DNA of 33,770 bases from Halanaerobium sp. (GCA_003070825.1 QBLP01000001.1:1-33770), one strand, 5' to 3'; positions 8,978-17,950 are shown, counted from the first letter of the stretch. The notes: generated by a model from the sequence alone, not told the origin. Translations and numbers: made by a program.

Positions 8978-10258
8978 TTAATTAACTAAATCTAAATCCC
9001 ATTCTTTTTCCTGATTCTGATCGGCGCTGAATAAAGACAGCTGTTCACTTTCCTTTTCAGCCAGCCGGTTGTAGATAACCTCACTCTCAAAAGGAACTGC
9101 CGCTGCATACTTGCCGTCACAGGTGATGAAGAAATTTGCCCGCTTTAAAACAATTCTCATCTTTTTTAAGTTATAATGGCTCAGCTTTTTTTCTTTTCTG
9201 GCTTTAACAATTTTAGCAGCTGAGCGGGGTCCAATCCCGGGTACTCTAAGCAGCATCTCATAATCAGCAGTGTTAACTTCTACTGGAAATTTATCCAGAT
9301 TGTTTAAGGCCCAGTCAGCTTTAGGGTCAATTTTTAGATCAAAATTTTCTCTGCCGGGAGTTAATAATTCTCCCGCCTTAAATCCATAAAATCTTAATAA
9401 CCAGTCTGCCTGATAGAGCCGGTGCTCGCGCTTTAGTGGTGGCCCCGGCAGAGCCGGCAAAAGTGAAGAATTATTAACCGGCAAATAGGCAGAATAATAT
9501 ACCCTTTTTAAATTAAAATGATCATATAAGCCTTCTGATAAAGAAATAATCTGCCTGTCTGATTCGGGGCTGGCCCCTACAATCAGCTGAGTTGACTGAC
9601 CGGCCGGCACAAATTTTTCTTTCAGCTTATATTTTTTGCGCTCTATAATATTATTTTCTATACCCTCTCCGATACCCTTCATTGGAGCTAAAATTCCTGC
9701 TTTTTTCTTCTGAGGAGCCAGCTTTTCCAGACTGCTTTCGCTGGGCAGCTCAATATTGACACTCATCCGATCCACCAGCAGTCCCGCCTGATAAATCAGT
9801 TTAAAATCAGCGCCTGGAATTGCTTTAAGATGAATGTAGCCCTGATAATTATGTTTGTTGCGCAGAAGCTGCACAGTTTTTAGAAGCTGCTCCATGGTCC
9901 AGTCCGGATCTCTGTTAACCGCTGAACTTAAAAACAGACCTTCAATATAGTTGCGTTTATAAAAATCAACAGTCAGCTGTGCCACCTCTTCCGGAGTAAA
10001 AGAAGCTCGCGGCCGATCATTGCTGGCCCTATTTACACAGTACTGACAGTCATAGATGCAGTAGTTGGTAAATAAAATTTTGAGCAGGGAAACACAGCGG
10101 CCATCATCAGTCCAGCTGTGGCAGATTCCGCCTGCCGCAGTATTGCCAAGACTTGAACTGTCACCACGACCACTGCTGCCGCTTGAAGAACAGGAAACAT
10201 CATATTTAGCTGCATCACTTAAAATTTCAAGTTTTTTCTGAAGATCCATCTTTTTCAC
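8978..10258 (-). CDS. Putative DNA modification/repair radical SAM protein with HhH domain (TIGR03916)
   Basis: AKYDVSCSSS, GICHS..DGRCVSLLK, CIYDCQYC, REHRLYQADWL, LLRVPGIG. Start is GTG 10258 or ATG 10249. Confidence 0.92.
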   Translation of the reverse strand: MKKMDLQKKLEILSDAAKYDVSCSSSGSSGRGDSSSLGNTAAGGICHSWTDDGRCVSLLKILFTNYCIYDCQYCVNRASNDRPRASFTPEEVAQLTVDFYKRNYIEGLFLSSAVNRDPDWTMEQLLKTVQLLRNKHNYQGYIHLKAIPGADFKLIYQAGLLVDRMSVNIELPSESSLEKLAPQKKKAGILAPMKGIGEGIENNIIERKKYKLKEKFVPAGQSTQLIVGASPESDRQIISLSEGLYDHFNLKRVYYSAYLPVNNSSLLPALPGPPLKREHRLYQADWLLRFYGFKAGELLTPGRENFDLKIDPKADWALNNLDKFPVEVNTADYEMLLRVPGIGPRSAAKIVKARKEKKLSHYNLKKMRIVLKRANFFITCDGKYAAAVPFESEVIYNRLAEKESEQLSLFSADQNQEKEWDLDLVN

Positions 10259-10335
10259 TTTCCTTTTATCTCACAGATTTCTTCATGTGTTATTTTTTCA
10301 ATTAAATTGGTATTAGCTGATTCTTCCAAAACACC

Positions 10336-10499
10336 AATTTAAATAGTTACAAATGAATGATTACATCAGAATAATTATAAATTATCTTTAGCAGGGAATT
10401 AGTTTTTTGCTGTTTGACTGAAAGGAGTTCAAAAAACTCCTGCTAAATATAATTTATAATGTTAAATGGAGATGTTATTCATTTGTAACTATCTAAATT
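10336..10499. repeat. 164-bp nested imperfect palindrome (rod-like hairpin or cruciform)
   Basis: Stems 10343-10358/10477-10492 (16 bp perfect), 10374-10395/10439-10460 (21/22), 10401-10409/10430-10438 (9 bp perfect), plus short 6-bp and 5-bp stems. Confidence 0.85.
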
Positions 10500-10525
10500 A
10501 TAACATACATCAGTTCACCCAGCAA
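10497..10525 (-). promoter_or_regulatory. Sigma-A promoter of the radical SAM/TIGR03915 operon with a degenerate LexA (Cheo) box in the spacer
   Basis: TTGCTG (10520-10525)-17 bp-TATAAT (10497-10502) with a TG extension. GAAC-tgat-GTAT at 10505-10516. Confidence 0.55.
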
Positions 10526-10527
10526 GC

Positions 10528-10566
10528 AAAAAAATACCGCCCGCTAAAATTATTCAGCAGACGGTA
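10528..10566 (-). terminator. Intrinsic terminator after the encapsulin gene
   Basis: Minus strand TACCGTCTGCTGAATAATTTTAGCGGGCGGTA hairpin followed by T7. Confidence 0.8.
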
Positions 10567-10595
10567 GTTTAGATTCTATATTATTTAGATTTGAT

Positions 10596-11396
10596 TTACT
10601 TTAAGACAACAGCTGCTTCTGGACCATTAACTCTAAAGGTAAAGGTTTCAAGGAAGAATAATTCTACCTCATCACCATTTCTATCTTCATATCCTAAAGA
10701 AATATCCTGACCAACTGTTAGTTCAAAGTCTCCACCGCGTTCGGAAATTAATAGACCTCTGTTGCCGAGATCAGGTACTAAGACAGCACCATTATCAACC
10801 ATTTCTTCAACCTTACGCTTTAGTGGATAACCTTTATCATCTAATTCATAAAGCAGAGCATAAAGTTCAGGTCCTAAGAGTAAACGCTTAGATCCACCAA
10901 CACTGTTTTCTTCAAATAAGGTTAGTGCTCTTAAGAGACCAGAAATCAGTTCTTTTTCGCCACCGGAAACACTAACTTCATCATATTCTGAAGCCTCAAC
11001 AATACCTTCAATTCCTACTTCATCAAGACCATAGAATACAGCTTTATTTTCAGCTTTAGCCAGTTTAGAAGCAGCATCAACTAAATCATCTGTGTCAACA
11101 TCTTCTGCTCCTCTAGCCAGCGCTTCTATCTCACTGAGCTTCATTGTAAATGGAACTTTTAATTCTACTAAAGGTAGAACCTCTCTGGTGGAATAAGTTA
11201 CACCTTCCACATCTTCAATTCCTACCGGACTAAAGCGGCCGGTGTTTATTGAAGAAAGTTCTAAGCCTTTAGGTCCCAGAAAATCAACTTCCTTACGAGC
11301 CTTTAATTTCTGGCTCAGTACGTCAGTTGCCTCTTCATCTAAGAAATTCCAGGCTTCTGCTGCAAATGGTGCTAAAGAGCGTTTTAAAATATCCAT
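10596..11396 (-). CDS. Family 1 encapsulin nanocompartment shell protein (Linocin M18-like)
   Basis: 266 aa. MDILKRSLAP..AW, GPKG, LVELKVPF, ENKAVFYG, GGDFELTVGQDISLGY, ETFTFRV..PEAAV. Directly downstream of a cargo gene. Confidence 0.93.
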   Translation of the reverse strand: MDILKRSLAPFAAEAWNFLDEEATDVLSQKLKARKEVDFLGPKGLELSSINTGRFSPVGIEDVEGVTYSTREVLPLVELKVPFTMKLSEIEALARGAEDVDTDDLVDAASKLAKAENKAVFYGLDEVGIEGIVEASEYDEVSVSGGEKELISGLLRALTLFEENSVGGSKRLLLGPELYALLYELDDKGYPLKRKVEEMVDNGAVLVPDLGNRGLLISERGGDFELTVGQDISLGYEDRNGDEVELFFLETFTFRVNGPEAAVVLK

Positions 11397-11777
11397 TTAT
11401 TCTCCTCCTCTCATACTGCCTAAACCAAGTGATTTGCTGGAAGCAGGCGCTTCTTCTCCGCCGCCTTCTCCACCTTCTTCACCTTCACCCTCTTCTTCTA
11501 TTTCAGTTATTTTTGCTGTTTGAAAAAGGAAAGTTCTTAACATTTCATCCCAGACAGGATTTTTACGGCGCAACCATTCTAGACCCATACAGGCATGTTC
11601 AATCTCTTCGTCACGGTTATGTTCTACAATTGCCTGAACATCGGGATCATTTGTTGCTTCAGCACGCTGATTATACCAATCAACGGCTTCTAACTCCTCA
11701 ATTACACTTTTGATAACACGATGATAATCAATCGCTTCTTCAGATAATTTTTCCTCTGGTTCATGATATTCGCTCAT
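11397..11777 (-). CDS. Encapsulated ferritin-like protein (EncFtn/Flp) with a C-terminal cargo-loading peptide
   Basis: EELEAVDWYNQR...HNRDEEIEH ferroxidase motifs, a Glu/Gly linker, and the SLGLGSMR targeting peptide (11412-11432). Confidence 0.92.
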   Translation of the reverse strand: MSEYHEPEEKLSEEAIDYHRVIKSVIEELEAVDWYNQRAEATNDPDVQAIVEHNRDEEIEHACMGLEWLRRKNPVWDEMLRTFLFQTAKITEIEEEGEGEEGGEGGGEEAPASSKSLGLGSMRGGE

Positions 11778-11824
11778 AAATCTAACCTCCCTTAAATTTT
11801 AATACCTAAATTTAAACGGAAAAT

Positions 11825-11873
11825 TGATATTCATTTTCAAATTAATTATATCTTCATTTTCTGCTGAAGTCAA
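11825..11873 (-). promoter_or_regulatory. Sigma-A promoter of the encapsulin operon with a Fur-family box over the TSS
   Basis: TTGACT (11868-11873)-17 bp-TATAAT (11845-11850). 7-1-7 box TGATATT-C-ATTTTCA at 11825-11839. Confidence 0.7.
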
Positions 11874-11957
11874 ATTTTAACTTTGTCGAAAAATGTTGAT
11901 AAACCCTGTCCTGATAGTATTTAAAAAGTGAGCTTCACAGATTTAATCCAATTCTAA

Positions 11958-13355
11958 TCAGGCATTGAGAGACCCATCGCCAAGGTCTAAAGCAGCTTCG
12001 TGAACAACTTCTGCTGTTGTCGGATGAGCATGAATGGTCTCCCTCAAGTTTTCTGCAGTTAGACCAAGATTTACCGCCAGAGTCAGTTCGGCAATCAAAT
12101 CACTGGCTTCAATTCCAATCAGAGCCGCTCCAATAATTTTATCACTTTCTTTTTCAGTAATCAGCTTAATTTTACCTTCTCTTTCGCCCATGGCCATAAC
12201 TTTACCGCTGGCTGCAAAGGGGAAACTACCGACCTCATAATCTATGCCTTTTTCTTTCGCTTCTTCTTCACTCAAACCAACTGTTCCAATTTCAGGTGAA
12301 GTAAAAATAGCACCAGGTACAGCCTGATAATCCATCTTCTTATCCATTCCCATTATATTTTCTACCGCAATAACTCCCTGATGAGAAGCTACATGAGCCA
12401 GCAGAATTTTATCTGTCACATCACCAACCGCATAAATCCCCGGAACATTTGTCTCCATTTTTTCATTTACCTGAACAGCCCTTCTTTTTCCAGAAAGATT
12501 CACCCCTACATTTTCCAGATTAAGGCCCTCAGTATATGGTCGGCGGCCGACTGCCATCAGAACTTTTTCGGCTGCAGCGGTTTTTTCTTTTCCTTTCTGC
12601 TGGTAGACTACCTCAAAAGCATCAGCCTGCTTTCTGATTTCTTTGACCTCAGCAGAAGTTTTAACACTTATCCGGCGGCGGCGGGCAGAGCGGTTTAGTT
12701 CAGAAGCAATTTCAGAATCGACTCCGCTTACCAGCTGATCTAAGTATTCAACTACTGTTACATCAACCCCAAAATTGCGGAAGATAAAAGCAAATTCCAT
12801 CCCAATTATTCCACCACCAACAATAACCATTGATTCCGGCAGTTCATTCAGATCAAGGGCAGAGCGGCTGTCTAAAATCCCGTCCAGATCCGCACCCGGA
12901 ATTGGAAGAGCAGCAGTTTCAGACCCGGTCGCTATAATAATATTCTCAGCTTCAATTTCTATAGTTTCCGCTTCTTTTTCTATTTTTATTTTGTTCTGAT
13001 CAATAAATGATGCCCTGCCGTCGATTCGATCTATGTTTTTTTTGCCGAGCAGATGATCAATCCCTCTTACCAGCCGCTTAACTATTTTATCTTTTCTTTT
13101 TACAACTGCTGGGAAATCGAGCTCAGCCTTTTCTACCTTAATTCCAAAATCTTCAGCATTCTGAATATCGGCAAAAACCTCTGCCGAACGAACAAAAGCT
13201 TTGGTTGGGATACAGCCCCAGTTCAAGCAGGTCCCTCCCAGAGCTTCTTTCTCGATTAAAACAGTATCCGCACCCAGCTGACCGGCTCTTAAAGCGGCTG
13301 TATAGCCTCCGGGCCCACTTCCTATGATTGCAATTTTATATTTTTTGTCTGCCAT
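11958..13355 (-). CDS. lpdA: Dihydrolipoyl dehydrogenase
   Basis: IGSGPGGY, GGTCLNWGCIPTK redox disulfide, GGGIIGME, HAHPTTAE. Confidence 0.95.
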   Translation of the reverse strand: MADKKYKIAIIGSGPGGYTAALRAGQLGADTVLIEKEALGGTCLNWGCIPTKAFVRSAEVFADIQNAEDFGIKVEKAELDFPAVVKRKDKIVKRLVRGIDHLLGKKNIDRIDGRASFIDQNKIKIEKEAETIEIEAENIIIATGSETAALPIPGADLDGILDSRSALDLNELPESMVIVGGGIIGMEFAFIFRNFGVDVTVVEYLDQLVSGVDSEIASELNRSARRRRISVKTSAEVKEIRKQADAFEVVYQQKGKEKTAAAEKVLMAVGRRPYTEGLNLENVGVNLSGKRRAVQVNEKMETNVPGIYAVGDVTDKILLAHVASHQGVIAVENIMGMDKKMDYQAVPGAIFTSPEIGTVGLSEEEAKEKGIDYEVGSFPFAASGKVMAMGEREGKIKLITEKESDKIIGAALIGIEASDLIAELTLAVNLGLTAENLRETIHAHPTTAEVVHEAALDLGDGSLNA

Positions 13356-13415
13356 TTTTTCAGCTCCTTTTATTTTTAAATTATTATTATTGTCTATTTT
13401 AATTGCTCTAATTTA

Positions 13416-14618
13416 TCAATCATTTTGATAGATATAATCTCTCGTCAGGGGGAGATCAGTATTTTTACCTTTTGAGAAAAGCAGCTGGTGGACTGAAGTT
13501 GAGGCAAACCTAAAAGTAAATACAGCCCCCATTAAAAAAGTCTGCCACATGCGATAAAAATGATCATCAAACTTTTCTTTAACTGCCTGACTGACCTCTT
13601 CGTAATTATCAAGCCATCTTTCTGCAGTCAGTGAATAATGATAGCCAATATCCTCGACATCGACAAGATGAAAGTTTTTTTCGGGCAGCTCCCAGACTAT
13701 TTCTCTCAGGGACGGAATATAACCCCAGGGGAAAATATATTTCTGCAGCCAGGGATGAGTTGGCTTTTCTTTTAAGTGAGTAATACTGTGCAGCAGTGAA
13801 AGCCCCCTGTTTTTTAACATCTTATCTACAGCTTCAAAATATTGGGGGATATTATCTTTACCCACATGTTCAAACATTCCTACACTTACTATTTTATCAA
13901 ATTTTTGTTCTTCCTCAGCCAACCTGCGGTAGTCCTGTCTTCTAATTTCTATCTTATCAGCCAGACCTGCCTCAGCGGCTCTCTTTTTGGCTTCTATCTC
14001 CTGTTCCTTACTCAAAGTAATCCCCATTACATCTACCCCATATTTTTCAGCAGCACGCAGAGCAAGTGAACCCCAGCCGCAGCCAATATCGAGCAGTCTT
14101 TCGCCCGGTTTTAAATTTAATTTCTTTAGAACATGGTTAAGTTTCTGCAGCTGTGCTTTTTTAAGCTCATCATTTTCATCTTTAAAATAAGCACAGGAAT
14201 AGGTCATTGTCTCATCCTGCCAGAGTTTAAAGAAATCATTGCCGAGATCATAATGTTTTCTAACTCCTTCTTCCTCTTCTGCCAGCGAATCAGAAGTTTG
14301 AAATTTGAGTGGCTGATCAACTTTATATTTTTTAATTTCTTCCATCAGCTCGAAAACATTGTCACCTGCTGTTTCAATCAGCTTTTTGATATCACCTTCA
14401 AAATTGATTTTTTCTTCCATATAGGCTTCTGCAAGTTTAAGCTGTGGACTTTTTCGAATTTCATTTAAACTTAATTTTTCTGAGAAAATTATTTTAAATG
14501 CAGGTTTAGACTTAAGTTCTGAATTAAAAACTAGAGTTTCTCCGTCCCAGTATTCAATTTCAAATTTTTGCCCGTCAACTCTCTTAAAAACAGCATTCAG
14601 AATTTTCTTTGTCAGCAT
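13416..14618 (-). CDS. cfa: Cyclopropane-fatty-acyl-phospholipid synthase family methyltransferase
   Basis: HYDLGNDFF, TYSCAYF, LLDIGCGWG, SVGMFEHVG, KYIFP.G. Confidence 0.9.
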   Translation of the reverse strand: MLTKKILNAVFKRVDGQKFEIEYWDGETLVFNSELKSKPAFKIIFSEKLSLNEIRKSPQLKLAEAYMEEKINFEGDIKKLIETAGDNVFELMEEIKKYKVDQPLKFQTSDSLAEEEEGVRKHYDLGNDFFKLWQDETMTYSCAYFKDENDELKKAQLQKLNHVLKKLNLKPGERLLDIGCGWGSLALRAAEKYGVDVMGITLSKEQEIEAKKRAAEAGLADKIEIRRQDYRRLAEEEQKFDKIVSVGMFEHVGKDNIPQYFEAVDKMLKNRGLSLLHSITHLKEKPTHPWLQKYIFPWGYIPSLREIVWELPEKNFHLVDVEDIGYHYSLTAERWLDNYEEVSQAVKEKFDDHFYRMWQTFLMGAVFTFRFASTSVHQLLFSKGKNTDLPLTRDYIYQND

Positions 14619-14648
14619 CTTTATAACCTCCTCTTGCCTGTTATTGAG

Positions 14649-15398
14649 TTATAAATCAATCTCTAAGTTTTTACAGTAATTATAACCGAGATCATATAAT
14701 TCCTGACTGTATTTAGTATTTAAAATATTATACTTTTCTATTCCCGTCGGCTCAATATAAATATCCGCCTTTTCTCTCAGTTCCATGGCATTAACAACTG
14801 TCTTCAGCTGAAAAGTTCTGACAGCAATATCTGTAATACTCTCCATTTTTTCTTCTAAGTTTACCGGCATTACATTGACAGCGATCAGTTTATCACATTT
14901 ATTAATCAGTGGGTTAACCGGCAAATTTTCAAATAAGCCGCCGTCAACATAGAGATCTCCGTTAATTTCAACTGGAGAAAAGAGCACAGGGATTGAAGAA
15001 GAAGCCTGAATAATCTTCACTAACTCCCCACTGCTGAAATATTCCATTCTCGCTTTTTCAATATTTGCTGCACCAACATAAAATGGAATTTTTAATTCTT
15101 CAAAAGTCTTAGCTCCGAGTGATTTTTCTAAGTTTTCTGTCATATTATCTAAGGTAAAAATACCTCGGTCTGGAATACTCAGCTTGGCGAAATCAAAGAA
15201 ATCATTTTCATTAATTAATTCCATCACCTCTGCTGGACTTTTTCCGGCTGCAATAAAAGAACCCACAATAGCCCCGGCACTGACTCCTGCCAGCAGATCT
15301 GGCTCAATCCCCTTTTCTTTTAAGGCCTGCAGAACTCCTAAATGAGCAAAACCCTTAACTCCTCCCCCGGATAAGGCAATTCCTATCTTTGGCGCCAT
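14649..15398 (-). CDS. Patatin-like phospholipase
   Basis: LSGGGVKG, GVSAG nucleophile elbow, DGG motif. Confidence 0.9.
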   Translation of the reverse strand: MAPKIGIALSGGGVKGFAHLGVLQALKEKGIEPDLLAGVSAGAIVGSFIAAGKSPAEVMELINENDFFDFAKLSIPDRGIFTLDNMTENLEKSLGAKTFEELKIPFYVGAANIEKARMEYFSSGELVKIIQASSSIPVLFSPVEINGDLYVDGGLFENLPVNPLINKCDKLIAVNVMPVNLEEKMESITDIAVRTFQLKTVVNAMELREKADIYIEPTGIEKYNILNTKYSQELYDLGYNYCKNLEIDL

Positions 15399-15455
15399 AA
15401 AATCATCCTCTCTTTATATTTATCTAATAAAATTAAATTTTTAAAAAATTACTGG

Positions 15456-16226
15456 CTAAAAAAACTTTCTAATATCTTCAACTGCATAATCTAAATCAGA
15501 GACTAAACTGGTAAAAATATTCATTATATTTTCCAGCTGCTGATAAAGCTCAGGATCAGCTAGTTTACGATTTTCCCGCGGCTCTTCTACCCTAATTTCT
15601 TTTAGGATACCCTTTTTTTCGGCTGCTAGAATATAAATTCTGTCAGCAAGTAGGAGAGCTTCTTCCGGATCATGGGTGATCAAAAAAATTGAGATTCCAC
15701 TTTCTCGCTGAATTAAACTGATCAGTTTTCTTAAATTAACCCTGGTTTTCATATCTAAGGATTTAAACGGCTCATCTAAAAACACTAAATCTGGCTTTAC
15801 TGCAAAGGCTCTGATCAATTCAAGCCGCTGCTGCATTCCTCCCGATAATTCATGCGGGTAGGAATCCTTAAAATCTTCGAGTCCGGATAATTTAAAAAGT
15901 AAGTTTCTGAGTTTCTCTTCTTTTTCCAGACCGTAATTTTTTTGAACAAAAATTAAATTTTCTGCAGCTGTTTTCCAGGGCAAAAGTCGTGGTCTTTGAA
16001 AAACATAAGCAAAACGAGGGCTGTTCTTTTTAATTATCTGCCCCGAATCTGCTGCCTCGAGCCCGGCTGCAATACGAAAGAGGGTTGTTTTACCGCTGCC
16101 TGAAGGTCCTAAGAGACAGCAAATTTCCCCCTGGTTGATTTCCAAATCTAAATTCTGCAGTACTTTTAAATCCTGAAATGATTTATTGATATTTTTGAGT
16201 TCTAAAATTTTTTCTTGATCAGTCAT
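15456..16226 (-). CDS. NitT/TauT-family ABC transporter ATP-binding protein
   Basis: GPSGSGKT, LSGGMQQR, LDEPF, ITHD. Start placed at ATG 16226 (CAGGTGG RBS) rather than 16244. Confidence 0.88.
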   Translation of the reverse strand: MTDQEKILELKNINKSFQDLKVLQNLDLEINQGEICCLLGPSGSGKTTLFRIAAGLEAADSGQIIKKNSPRFAYVFQRPRLLPWKTAAENLIFVQKNYGLEKEEKLRNLLFKLSGLEDFKDSYPHELSGGMQQRLELIRAFAVKPDLVFLDEPFKSLDMKTRVNLRKLISLIQRESGISIFLITHDPEEALLLADRIYILAAEKKGILKEIRVEEPRENRKLADPELYQQLENIMNIFTSLVSDLDYAVEDIRKFF

Positions 16227-16971
16227 TTTTCCACCTGCTGACATGAGCTTTTAATTTTTCTAAAAGATAATATTCCACAAAAAGCATAAACAGTACTAAA
16301 ACTATGGTCCAGGCAAAAAGGCGGTCTGTTGCCATCATAGAATTAGCCCGACTGAGCTGATAACCGATCCCACTCGAGGAAGCAATAAACTCTGCAAAAA
16401 CTGATGACTTCCAGGCAAAGGCAAATGCTACACTTAAAGCAGAAACCAGAGCCGGGAGTAGTGAAGGTAAATATATCTCCTTTAAAATTCTTAAGCGTGG
16501 GGTTGAATAGGCCTTCGCCATCTCAATTAGATCGGTATTCATCTCCTCCAGCCCCTGAAAGATATTAACGAAAATCACAGGCAGCGAAACGGTGAAAATC
16601 AAAAATATTGGTGTCAGATCATCAGCTACACCAAACCAGACGACAGCCAGCGAAACCCAGACAACTGGTGGGGTAGCCTGAATAATTGTAATCAGGGGTC
16701 GAAATGTCCTCTGCAGCAGAGAAAATCGGTGCAGTAGAAGTGCCAGAATTATTCCAGCCAGCACAGCAGCCCCATAGGCAATAAGTGTTCTTCTTAAAGT
16801 TATGATAAAGCTTTCAACTAAAATTCCTGAAACTGCAATTTCTTTTAAAGCCTGATAACTTTCTCCAATCGAGGGCAGGATGAGGCTGTTTAAGCCGGCC
16901 GCACCCCTTTCCCAGATCAGAAAAATTACTATTAATAAGAGCCAGAATGGTTTAGTAATAAAATTCTTCAT
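16219..16971 (-). CDS. NitT/TauT-family ABC transporter permease
   Basis: Several hydrophobic TM segments, EAA-like EMAKAY, AWK...AEF...GIGY. Likely start is ATG 16971. Confidence 0.88.
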   Translation of the reverse strand: MKNFITKPFWLLLIVIFLIWERGAAGLNSLILPSIGESYQALKEIAVSGILVESFIITLRRTLIAYGAAVLAGIILALLLHRFSLLQRTFRPLITIIQATPPVVWVSLAVVWFGVADDLTPIFLIFTVSLPVIFVNIFQGLEEMNTDLIEMAKAYSTPRLRILKEIYLPSLLPALVSALSVAFAFAWKSSVFAEFIASSSGIGYQLSRANSMMATDRLFAWTIVLVLFMLFVEYYLLEKLKAHVSRWKND

Positions 16972-17902
16972 CGGGCAGACTTCCACCTAATAAGTCTGGA
17001 TACATCTCCAAAATCTCTCCAAAGTAGAGTTCTGTCAACTCGCGGCTTTCTGCTTCTGAATAAATATTTAAGTTAACTCTGCTGTATGACTTTTTCAAAA
17101 CAGGTGCCGGCATCTCAAAATGTTTGGAAGCAAGCTGAGCTGCTGCTTCTGGATTGTTATTTACCCATTCCACACCCTGTTTATAATAACCATTAATTAT
17201 ATTTGTAAACTGGGGATTTTCTTCGGCAAAATTTCCATTTACAAAAAGCGCTACAAAAGGAATTCTCTCATCACCATGAATTTTAGCCCATTCTTTTTGA
17301 ATATCCATTGACAGTTCTGCGCTTTCTCTATTAGCCAGACTGATAGTTGCCAGCGGCTCAGGGAGAATAATAGCATCAAGCTCTCCAGCCATAAATAACT
17401 GAGCAGCACCAGGCAGGGCTCTATAAACCAGGTTGAGATCAGTTTCTGGATCAAGTCCATTTTCTGAGGCCAGATAGCGGGCCAGAAAATCCAGCGGACC
17501 TCCCTGCAGCGGCAGTGCCAGATCTTTTCCTTTTAAATCTTCCCAGCTTTCTGCTTTAAAACCATCGGTCAACAGATAATCAATCGCCCAGGTATTAACA
17601 TTAAGCATCTTTATATTAATTCCTCGATTATAGGCATTAGCACCAAGATTAGAACCAGTAACTAAAAAGTCTATATCATTCTGGGCCAGCAGTGAAATAC
17701 CGCGCTGATGATCAGAAGACAGATTAATATTTAGGTCAACTGCCTCCGGTAATTCAGCTTCTTCCTGCATCCATAAAAATGGAAGTGCAGCTGGAACAGT
17801 AGGTGTCTGAATATTTATTCTCTTAGCTGCAGCAGGTAATACTGCTAAAGCCATAATACTTACTAATAAAATTAATGTTAATAATCTCTTTTTCTTTAAC
17901 AT
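16952..17902 (-). CDS. ABC transporter substrate-binding protein (SsuA/NMT1-like)
   Basis: Basic-hydrophobic signal peptide ending near PAAA, DLKGK, G.LDAIILPEP, NNPEAAAQ. First gene of an ABC trio. AGGAGG RBS. Confidence 0.82.
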   Translation of the reverse strand: MLKKKRLLTLILLVSIMALAVLPAAAKRINIQTPTVPAALPFLWMQEEAELPEAVDLNINLSSDHQRGISLLAQNDIDFLVTGSNLGANAYNRGINIKMLNVNTWAIDYLLTDGFKAESWEDLKGKDLALPLQGGPLDFLARYLASENGLDPETDLNLVYRALPGAAQLFMAGELDAIILPEPLATISLANRESAELSMDIQKEWAKIHGDERIPFVALFVNGNFAEENPQFTNIINGYYKQGVEWVNNNPEAAAQLASKHFEMPAPVLKKSYSRVNLNIYSEAESRELTELYFGEILEMYPDLLGGSLPDEEFYY

Positions 17903-17950
17903 AAATTATTCCTCCTGTATTTTCGTTTATGTTTATTTGTGCTCATTTAT

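Noticed and set aside
10336-10499. Calling the long hairpin 6S RNA
   Set aside because: The size and rod shape are similar, but it is very AT-rich, the bubble is small and asymmetric, and I see no recognisable 6S sequence. Kept only as an unexplained structure.
11110-11170. Flavin-binding encapsulin as in Thermotoga maritima
   Set aside because: The segment FTMKLSEIEALARG has Ser where I recall the flavin-stacking Trp, so there is no support.
11433-11500. CTT/CCT-rich low-complexity DNA as a tandem repeat
   Set aside because: It is explained by the Glu/Gly linker codons of the cargo protein.
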